From assembly GCA_020050685.1 (NCBI GenBank), contig JAGVKG010000065.1, positions 17,984-81,983 of the forward strand: DNA of 64,000 nt. The letters are read 5' to 3'. Below the pieces are notes generated by a model that was not told where the DNA came from, ran no database searches, and saw only the letters and a list, made by a program, of their open reading frames with translations. The DNA is from Candidatus Obscuribacterales bacterium (lineage in GTDB: Bacteria > Cyanobacteriota > Vampirovibrionia > Obscuribacterales > Obscuribacteraceae). Positions 8,926-18,000 of this stretch are shown in pieces; positions within the stretch are counted from its first letter, which is position 1; each line of letters starts with the position of its first letter. A program made the translations under genes and the position numbers.

Positions 8926-9957
8926 ATGGTTCAAACAGGGGTAGCGAAGCGCGACTTGGTCAAATCACAGCTAATCAAGCCAGAACTAGTCAAGCCACGG
9001 GTGCTCAAGCGCGGTGACACAATCGGAATTTGTGCGCCGGCGTCTTTTTCTCTTGAGCCGGGTTACATGGAATATGGTTTGCGCTTTCTCAAGAAGCTTG
9101 GACTTAAGTATAAGCTGAGCAAAAATATTTCCCGTGCTTGGGGCTCTTATGCCGGAACCGATCAAGAGCGATTGGATGATTTGCATTCAATGTTTGCCGA
9201 CCCGGAAGTGTCGGCTATTATGTGCGCGCGTGGTGGCAATGGTACGGTCAGACTTTTGCCGGGCTTGGATTTCGATTTGATTGGTAAGAATCCTAAGATC
9301 TTGATTGGCTTTAGCGATATTACCGGGCTTTTGATTCCGATACATCAACAAACCGGGCTTGTAACTTTTCATGGTCCGACATTCGGCTGGTTTTTCAAAA
9401 ACAAATATAGCTACGATCATTTTGTGCATGCTTTGATGCAAACCAAACCAATTGGATTGGTCGAGGATCCGAAAGCCAAAGATGAATGGGATCCGCCGTA
9501 TCCGCCACCACGGATGGTGCTTAATCCAGGTAGCGCTCGTGGTCCTCTGATTGGTGGATGTTTGACTTTGATTTCGCAATTGATGGGCACGCCTTATCAA
9601 ATCGATGCAGCCGGAAAAATTTTGTTTATCGAAGATATAAAAGAAGAACCACATGCAATTGACAGAATGCTGACGCAATTGCAGCTGGCTGGGACTTTTA
9701 ATAAAGTGCGCGGTGTGATCATTGGCGAATGTTTGGACTGTAATCCTGGTGCAAGCAAACGCAATCAGCTGACACTTAATTATGGGCTTGAGCATGTTTT
9801 GAGAGAGAAATTGTCTTTCCTGAAAGTGCCGGTAGTTTATGGTCTGCGCTTCGGACATGGAGACCATAAAATTACTTTGCCACTAGGGGTTACGGCCACA
9901 TTGGATGCTACGCAAGACGATGTGTTGTTCCGCATTGAAGAGAGTGCCACCATATGA
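8926..9957 (+). CDS. ldcA: LD-carboxypeptidase (peptidase S66, LdcA/MccF family), catalytically intact
   Basis: Nucleophile motif GFSDITGL, Glu region FIEDIKEEPHAIDRMLTQL and His motif RFGHGDHKITLPLG are all present. Confidence 0.75.
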   Translation: MVQTGVAKRDLVKSQLIKPELVKPRVLKRGDTIGICAPASFSLEPGYMEYGLRFLKKLGLKYKLSKNISRAWGSYAGTDQERLDDLHSMFADPEVSAIMCARGGNGTVRLLPGLDFDLIGKNPKILIGFSDITGLLIPIHQQTGLVTFHGPTFGWFFKNKYSYDHFVHALMQTKPIGLVEDPKAKDEWDPPYPPPRMVLNPGSARGPLIGGCLTLISQLMGTPYQIDAAGKILFIEDIKEEPHAIDRMLTQLQLAGTFNKVRGVIIGECLDCNPGASKRNQLTLNYGLEHVLREKLSFLKVPVVYGLRFGHGDHKITLPLGVTATLDATQDDVLFRIEESATI

Positions 9958-10931
9958 AGACACAAGGAAAAGCGCCAACAGCAGAAAAGGCAATTAAGGC
10001 TCCGGCTCTCAAGGGTGGAGATCGTATCGGGCTAATTTGCCCGGCAAGCCGCCCGGAAAGCCCGGCTGTCGTACAGCATTGTGTACGGATAGTGGAAGAC
10101 ATGGGCTTTGTGCCAATTCTCGGCAAGCACGTGATGAAGATGCACGGCTATATGGCCGGCACTGATGCAGAACGTTTGGAAGATTTGTTGAGCTTTTGGC
10201 AGGATGATTCTATCGCCGGTATCTTTTGCATTACCGGCGGCTTTGGTTCGATGCATCTATTGCCTTATCTCAATTACGATCTTATGGCAGCCAAACCAAA
10301 AGTAATCGTTGGTCAAGATGAAAACACTTGCTTGTTGAATGCAATTACTAGTCGTACCGGTTTAGTAACTTTCCATGGTCCTAACTTGGATCAAGTCAAT
10401 TCTAAGTATACATTCGAGCGCTTTGTTAATGCCGTTTCCAAAACCAGTGTAATCAAATCGGTTTCGGCAAGTGACGTGGCCAGAGATACAATTACACTTG
10501 GTTATCCTTTTGTGCCAGTTGAGGGTTTGGTGGATGGTATCACTTGTGGTGGCAACCTCACAGCTTTTACTTCTTTGATGGGCACTGCCTTTCAGCCGGA
10601 ATTGGCTGGGCGAATTCTTTTCTTTGAAGATAAAAACGAAAGCATTAGCACTCTTGATCGCTGGCTTACTACATTGTATGTGTCCGGACAATTGGATAAG
10701 ACCGCGGGTGTGGCATTCGGTTACTTCACCAATTGTGGTGTGAAAGACAATTTCCCCACACTTTCTCTAGAAGAGCTTTTTGCCGATCGCTTTTTGCCCA
10801 TGAATAAACCTTGTTGCTTTGGTTTACCAATTGGTCAAGCAAAAGATGCGGCAACAATTCCTCTTGGCCTTTCGGCGCGCTTTGACAGCAAAGCTGGTCT
10901 CTTAGAATTTTTGCAACCAGCAGTTTCCTGA
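9954..10931 (+). CDS. S66 LD-carboxypeptidase paralog with substituted catalytic Ser and His (predicted pseudoenzyme)
   Basis: Colinear with the upstream paralog (RIGLICPAS, TGLVTFHGP, FFEDKNES..LDRWLTTL). However GFSDIT is replaced by GQDENT, and FGHG by IGQA. The start overlaps the upstream stop (ATGA at 9954..9957). Confidence 0.7.
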   Translation: MKTQGKAPTAEKAIKAPALKGGDRIGLICPASRPESPAVVQHCVRIVEDMGFVPILGKHVMKMHGYMAGTDAERLEDLLSFWQDDSIAGIFCITGGFGSMHLLPYLNYDLMAAKPKVIVGQDENTCLLNAITSRTGLVTFHGPNLDQVNSKYTFERFVNAVSKTSVIKSVSASDVARDTITLGYPFVPVEGLVDGITCGGNLTAFTSLMGTAFQPELAGRILFFEDKNESISTLDRWLTTLYVSGQLDKTAGVAFGYFTNCGVKDNFPTLSLEELFADRFLPMNKPCCFGLPIGQAKDAATIPLGLSARFDSKAGLLEFLQPAVS

Positions 10932-11020
10932 TTCTGCGCTTCGCCTGTTATATTTATCAGCAAGCTCTCATTTGACAGCTAAAGTTTGTCAAGCGCAGAC
11001 GAGCTGATGACGAGGACGCC

Positions 11021-11602
11021 ATGACCTGGATCAAAACAATTCCACCTGCCCAAGCAGACGAGAAACTGCTCAATGCCATGCATGGGCAAATGCACATGTA
11101 TCCGGCGGAGTATCAAATTCCGGTCGAAAGCCTGGCTGAACATGAAGCTGCCGACCAAGCTCCGAGCATCATCATGTCGCACAGCCTCTTGCCGGACACG
11201 CTTTTCCACAGTTTTGCCACTTATGGCACTTTGCTATCGCCCGATTTGCCTTTGACCAGGCGTCAGCATGAGCTGATTGCCGCAACGGTTTCAGCATTAA
11301 ACGACTGTTTTTACTGAATAGAGGCGCATGTAGAGTTCCTACGGCGCGTGACTCTGGATGAGTCACTTTCAGAAGCAATCAGAAAAGACTACAAGACAGC
11401 TCCGCTTGAGCCAAATGAGCGTGTGATGTTGGACTATGTGGCCAAAATTACTCGTAACGCGAAAAGTGTGGGTAAAGAAGACATCGAGGCTTTGCGTCAG
11501 GCTGGTTTCGATGACAGGGCAATTCTGCAAATCAACTTGATTTCTTCTTGGTTCAACTTTATCAACCGGGTTGCTGATGGTTTAGGCGTCGGGCGCGAGT
11601 AG
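11021..11602 (+). CDS. AhpD/carboxymuconolactone-decarboxylase-like peroxidase-related protein with an in-frame TGA (11315..11317) at the second Cys of CxxC; candidate selenoprotein, otherwise a pseudogene
   Basis: Track ORFs 11021..11317 and 11348..11602 are in the same frame. The read-through sequence is ..SALNDCFY[TGA]IEAHVEFLRR.., where homologs have ..CxYCxxHH.. . Both halves match the family (MTWIKTI.., DYKTAPLEPNERVMLDYVAKIT, AGFDDRAILQINLISSWFNFINRVADGLGV). Confidence 0.6.
11324..11366 (+). promoter_or_regulatory. Two adjacent hairpins just 3' of the in-frame TGA (possible bacterial SECIS element)
   Basis: Hairpin 1 spans 11324..11347: GCGC-AU-GUAG, loop AGUUC, CUAC-G-GCGC. Hairpin 2 spans 11348..11366: GUGACUC, loop UGGAU, GAGUCAC, a perfect 7-bp stem. 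The apical loops lie about 17-42 nt after the UGA and contain G. Confidence 0.4.
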
Positions 11603-11879
11603 ATTTTGAGTCGCGACTAGTTACTAGATACCGAATTGACCAGTCGAAAGTCTCATAATTGCCTCGCTGCGTTGAGGCGGTAATCGCTTCTCCTGCAATT
11701 GTGTGCATTTGTAGTGATTGCCAAAGATTCTTCTTGCGACCGAAAGTTGGCAAAATGTATATAGATTGGATAGGCTGAGAGTTGTGAAAAGGCGGCCATT
11801 CCGTCTCGAACGCATACAAATCAAGGCGACTCTCGATAGTGCTTCGCAAATTGATCTTTCATCTCTATTAATAGTTAAA

Positions 11880-11907
11880 TTGATAAGTCTTAACTAAGAC
11901 TTATCAA
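11880..11907. promoter_or_regulatory. Perfect 13-bp inverted repeat TTGATAAGTCTTA-AC-TAAGACTTATCAA about 140 bp upstream of the giant gene (candidate operator)
   Basis: The arms are exact reverse complements with a 2-nt spacer. The repeat lies in an AT-rich part of the 430-bp non-coding region 11603..12034. The loop is too tight for a good hairpin terminator and there is no U-tract. Confidence 0.35.
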
Positions 11908-12046
11908 CTATATATCGATTGTAGTGATGATTGTGGGCATATATCCTCTGGGACAACTTTGTTTTGGCAATGACTTACCAAGTGCAATCCAGGGTCCAGG
12001 CGGCAAGCCCAGGTAGGACTTGTAGAAGTGGATTTTGCGTGGAGCC

Positions 12047-15000
12047 ATGAAGCCAATTCGTTTACTAATGACTTTGATATTGTCGCTGCAGTTGGTTATG
12101 CCAATGGCGGCGTTTGCCGGGCCGTTTCGGGATAGTCACCCTCTCGGGGGAGAAGCCGGGACAGGTACGCAGTCAACTGGCGGACAAACAACATCCGGAC
12201 TGGACCCAAGTGCTTTGACTGGTCTAGCCGCGGTAAGTGCCGGCGCGCTCAATTTGGATTTGGGATCGACTGCGCGTACGTTTAGCCTCGAATCCTTGGG
12301 TGTGTCGTCATTGACCTTGAGGATGGCAGGGCAACATGTAACATTCTCTGCTTCTGACATGCTGACTCCGGCGCAATTTGTTGCGGCTCAGCAAGTGCTT
12401 TCTGGCAGCCGGCAGGCCCTGCGCCTTGGTGTAGATGGTAATGCAGTCGGTGGTGCTTTTAGTCTTCAGCCGAATCTGGTGCAAAATGTCGGTAATTTGG
12501 TGGTGCCGCAAAATGTCTCGGCATTGCTGGATGTGAGCACGGTTGCTTCGCTGAATCTGTCTGGTAATTTGGTGAATGCAGGCAAGCTTTATGCATTTTC
12601 TCAGACGGGTGAAACAGGCGCAGCAAACATTTCGGCGCTTAATTTATACAACCAAAGCGGAGCATTGATTTCTACTTTTGCTCCCGAGATTGGCCGTGCG
12701 GCTCAGCTTGCACCTGATAATGCTCTCCCTCTTGATCTCAATTTGTCGGCGATGGCAGATATTATCAATGCCGGTACGATTCTTAGCTCGGGCAATCTTT
12801 CGCTCAATGCCGGTGGTGTGATTATCAACCAGGCAGTTAGTGGCTCGTCGGCAGTGCCACTGATGCAGGCAGCTAACAATGTCAATTTGGTTTCCCAACT
12901 TGGATCAATTACTAATGCCGGTGTGATTGCCGCATTGGCCGGCAATCTAAATATTGGTTCGGCCCAGTTGAACAATATTGTGATCAACAATGCCGGCGGA
13001 TCGCTTGAAGCACTTAATGGTGCGATTTCCGTGCGTGATGCCAACTTTGTCGGCATGGCACATATCTATATCAATGGTGGCAATCTCTTGAGCAAAACTT
13101 TAGACCTTTATTCTGGAGAAGGTAAGGTCAAGGTGAATGTCGATAATTTGACCGGACACGTCAATGTGCGTGGTGGTGAGGCGCATGTTACAGCTTCAAC
13201 CAATGTTTTGACTATTGGTGATATTTGTCTGGTTGGTGATCCTAGCTTTTACAACACAACCGGCGATGTCTTGATTGATGGCGATTTGCAATTCAATGGT
13301 GAGGATCTGGCAATTGTTGCTTTTGGCGACATTATTACCGGCTCGAATGCTGGTTTGATTGATACCAGCAATGCTGCCGGCGATGGTGGCAGTATCACCA
13401 TGGTGGCTGGTGCAAATTTCACAGCACTTGCCTTAATTCCACCGCCCGCACCAGGTGAAGTGCAACCTCCCATACCGGATGCTAATGACGCAAACATTGA
13501 GCTGACGATTAATGACGGCTGTTGTGGTGGTGGCAAAATTGATCTTTCAACCGGCGGCGCTATTACTATGTTGAACTCTGCCTCCACTGGTGGTGATGGT
13601 GAAGGCGGTGATATTAATCTCATTGCTTTTGGTGGTGTTTTGGCTAATTCCGGAACAATCAAACTGCCATCGGCAGTGACAATTTCTGCTGGCGGTAATG
13701 GTGTTGGTAACAATGGTGATGTGATTGTTACGGCAGGGGCAATTCGCGGAAATGCGATTCAGATTGGCGGAATAAATACTGCAACTGGTGCGGAGGGTAG
13801 TGGTGTAGTTGATATCACGGCTGCACAGCCGACTGCTGTCGGTGTCACCATTGTCGGTGGAACTATAACTGGGGGAGCATTTGGTGCAGGCACTGCTAAC
13901 ACTGCCTCAATTAGCACTGGTTCAATTGCCGCCAATGGGGTAACAATTGATCTGACATCGGGAGCCAATGTGCTGGTTAACGGCTCGATCGTAAATAATG
14001 CGACAACTGCTGCTGCTGGTGGAACTGTAAACATCAACATCAATAGTTCGCTTGCTTTTCAAATTGGTGGCAGTCCGGCTTTCAATGGGATTACCGGTTC
14101 AATTTCGGCCAATGCCGGTGCCACATCAGGTGATGGCGGCGCTATTGCCATAATCAATGTTGGCACAGGTGGAATTGTCTTGGACTCTACGGCATTGCTT
14201 TCCGTAAATGCATCATCGGGAGCTGGCGGTGGTGCGGGGGGATTCATTCAATTGCGGGCATCAGGAACCGGTGCATCGCTCAGCTTAGCTTCCGGAACTT
14301 TAGCCGCGAATGCCACGACTGGGGCAGCACTGCCTGAGGGTGGTGAAATTATTCTTTTTGCAGCCGGAACAATTTCTGTGGTTGGCGCTACTGCATTGAC
14401 CTTGAGCGCAAACGCCCAAGGTATTGGTAATGGTGGTACGATTTCCGTTACAGCCCAAGGAACAGCGGCTGATTTAGCATTCGGTCAAGCAGCCGGACAA
14501 TTTATTATCTCTGCCCAAGGTGGGCAGGCAGCATCCGCTTCCGGAGACGGCGGTAAGATTACCTTTTTTGCGGGACGTAATCTGACAATCGATTCGACAG
14601 CAATAAGTGCAAATCCTTTAGGCAATAATGGCGACGGAGCAGATTTTACTATGACTGCTAGCGGATTACCTGGTGGACAGCTGGCAATTTCCGGCAACTT
14701 TGATGCATCAGCGGTTGGTAGTGGCACAGGCGGTACAATAATTGCTACATCGACAGCCGGCAGACTATCAGTAAGTGGCAATATCACTGCTAACGGTGGT
14801 GTAACAGGTGGTGGTGGTTCTGTTCGTTTGAGTCTTGCCTCCACTTCGCCATTTACGATTTTCAATGGCTCAACTAATAATGGCGTATCTGGCAATATCA
14901 CGGTCAATGGCGGTACCACTTCTGGTGACGGCGGCACAATTCTGCTTTCCGCTCAAGGTGGTGCAGTAAATATTGCTTCTGCTCAAGCCTTATCGGTGGC

Positions 15001-18000
15001 ACCCTTAGGCTCGGGTAATGGTGGCGGTTTGGACTTCACTGCTGCCGGCATCACAATTGGACCAGGCGTGCTTTCTGTGGATGCCCTGGGTAGCGGTATT
15101 GGTGGAACTATTAGTTTCAATAGTTCAAATGGGATTTTTGTCGACGGTTCAATTTCCGCAAATGGTGCTGGTATTGGTGATGGTGGCACGATCCTTTTTG
15201 TCAGTGAGTTTGCTTTGCCCTTCAATCTTGCTTTAGGCGAAAGCATAAATGGGATTAATGGTAATGTCAGTGCTCTGGCCGGAAATACGTCTGGCGCCGG
15301 TGGTCATATAAGTATGGCCAATAGCAGCGGCCTAAACCTGACTGCTAGCTCCAATATTTCTGTGGCGACCAATCAAGGAGATGGTGGCACCATTGCCCTT
15401 AGTTCAAGTGGTGGTGGAGTGACGGTATCATCCCGCACAATTTCAGTCGATGCGCAAGGCACAGGAAATTTCCAGGGTGGTGGTATCACCTTAACTGGTG
15501 CATTTGTTACAGTTACCGGCAGCTCGAGTCTCAACCTTAGTGCTAATGCCAGAGGTGCTGGCGATGGTGGCAGTATAGTGGTTGGCACTACTGCTTCTAC
15601 TTCCAATTTGCAAATTGGTAGTAATCGGGGACAGATAAGCATATCTGCGCTTGGTGGTCAGTTGGGTAATGCCGACCTAATTGGTGGTGCCGGCGGTAAT
15701 GTGACAATATCTGCCGGTCAGAATTTGACTGTCGATATGGCAAGCGTGTCAGTTGGTCCGCAAGGAAATAATGGTGATGGTGCACTACTTACATTTACTG
15801 CCGGCATTTCCAGTCTGGGCGCACTTTTAGTTAATGGCGATATCAATGTTTCTGGAGGCGGCTCTGATGGAACGGGCACGGGAGGTGGGGGAACAATTAC
15901 GCTATCCAGTGCTTCGAGCGAGACGATGGATCTGGCTTTAGGCGAAGACAAAAATGGTGTCAATGGTTTGTTGATTGCCAATGGTGGCACAGGTGGTGGC
16001 GCCGGTGGAGCGATTTCCGTTTCTAACTCATTATCCGGTGGTATCAATCTTGCCGATACGGCAAATCTTTCAGTCAATGCTGGACCAGGCGGTCTTGGTG
16101 GGGATGGCGGGTCAGTTTCTTTAGCTTCTGATTCTGGATTACTGACTATTAGTGGTGGAACAATCAATGTGGATGCAAAAGTTAGCGGGCAAGGCGGTTT
16201 AATTGAATTGCGAGCCCCTGAGTCTAATTTGATTGTTGCTGGTGTTAATCCTTTAATCTTGAGTGCAGATGCAATTGGCACTGGCATTGGTGGTACGGTT
16301 GCCGTGGTTGCTGGTGGCGATACTGCCGATCTGACAATTGGTAACACTAGCGGACAAATTAGTATATCGGCTCGTGGTGGCACTACTTCTGGCAATGGCG
16401 GAATCGTATCAGTATCCGCTGGACAAGATTTGACCGTCAACGCTGCACAATTGAACCTGGCGCCGCGTGGCACGACTGGTGCCGGCGGCACGCTAACGCT
16501 TGCAGCCGGCAATGGTGACGACGAAGGTAATCTACAAATCATTGGCAGTGTTAGTGTTAGTGGCACACAAGCTGGTGGCGGACAAGGCAATGGTGGCATT
16601 GTTTCCCTCTTATCTGATAGCAGCTCACCATTTGTCATTTCTAATAGTCCGAATGTTAATGGACTTGCGGGAAGCGTATCATCAAATGGTGGCACAACAC
16701 TTGGTGGTGGCGGCACGGTTTCTATAACCAATAGCGGTACTGGCGGTGTGACGCTTACTAATACTTCTTTAGTTACCGCTTCAGCATCGCTTGGTGGCGG
16801 CTCCGGGGGCAGCATTGGTTTGATTGCTCAAGCTGGAACACTGACTTTGCCGGGCGGTCAGATAATCGATGTTGATGGCGAAAGTGGTGGCACTTTTGAT
16901 GGCGGTATTGTTACTTTACGTGGAACTTCGCTTGAAATTACGGGCGGTCAGTCTTTCAGAATCAGAGCTAATGGCACGGCAACCGGCGCTGGTGGCAGAG
17001 TCGCTTTGATTTCTACCGGACTGTTTTCTGATATGGCGATTGGCAATGGTGCCAACCAATTTGAGATTTATGCCAATGGTGGTGCTACATCTGGAGATGC
17101 TGGTACAGTAGAACTTACATCAGGCCGTGGTCTGACTGTTAACCCCAGTTTCATGCAAGCAGGAGTTGGCCTTTCCGGAAAGGGAGCAACTCTTTCTTTG
17201 CGATCGGGAGCAACGGGCGATACTTCTAGTGCTGGCAGTTTACTTGTTACTGGTTCCATAAACGCAAATGGCACTGGCTTAGGTCAAGGTGGTGACGTCT
17301 TGCTATCATCGGCCGTTGGCAATTTGCTGGTTCAGGGCAGTGTTTCTGCCAGAGGCTTGGCTTTGGGAGCCGGTGGTTCTGTAACCCTAAATTCGAATTC
17401 GACTACTCAGTTTGTCGTCGGTGCTGGTGCTGTTACAAATGGTATTCAAGGCACTGTTGATACGCAAGCCGGTGTCGGTGATGGGGGCACGATTGAAATT
17501 GCTAATGCCGGCACTGGTGGCATTGGTATTCCCAGTTTGGCCAATCTGATTACGCAAGCATCTGCTGGCAGTGGCGGCACGGTGAATTTAGCTACCCTTG
17601 GAACATTGAATATTGCTGCCGGCACTTTGTCTCTTGATGCTCAAGGGGCGGGCAACTTCTCTGGCGGGAATTTTACTCTTTCTGCCTCGATAATTTCTGT
17701 TAATGGTGGCGGAACACTTAACCTCTCGGCCGATGCGCTTGGCACTGGAGCTGGTGGTGCAGTCTTTATTGAATCGACTAATTCATTGGCTGGTCTGGGA
17801 ATTGGTATTGCCACCAGCTTTGGACAGTTGACCGTTTCTGCTGAAGGTGGATCGGTGGGATCTGGCGCCGGCAATGGTGGCTCTCTTACAGTTAGATCAG
17901 GTGCTAATTTGTCAATTGATACTGCCGATATTCAGGTAGCACCGCGAGGCACCACCGGTAATGGTGCAAGCTTGAGCTTTACAGCTGGTATTGCTGGTGA

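Noticed and set aside
9187-9867. A 226-aa minus-strand ORF antisense to ldcA, and similar antisense ORFs such as 51372..52040 and 53040..53456
   Set aside because: The sense strands carry clear family motifs (S66 peptidase, GNAT/Rieske, cytochrome b). The antisense translations are compositionally odd and have no motifs.
11315-11317. In-frame TGA explained by an alternative genetic code (UGA as Gly or Trp)
   Set aside because: Many well-supported genes in the window terminate at TGA with sensible lengths and coupled ATGA/TGATG overlaps (for example 9955..9957, 40185..40187, 61041..61043). UGA is therefore a normal stop here, leaving site-specific recoding (Sec) or a nonsense mutation as the options.
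11562-11849. Minus-strand ORFs of 95 aa and 66 aa in the region upstream of the giant gene
   Set aside because: They have no recognisable motifs, they overlap each other and the 3' end of the AhpD-like gene, and there is no ribosome-binding context. The region is treated as non-coding leader or promoter DNA.
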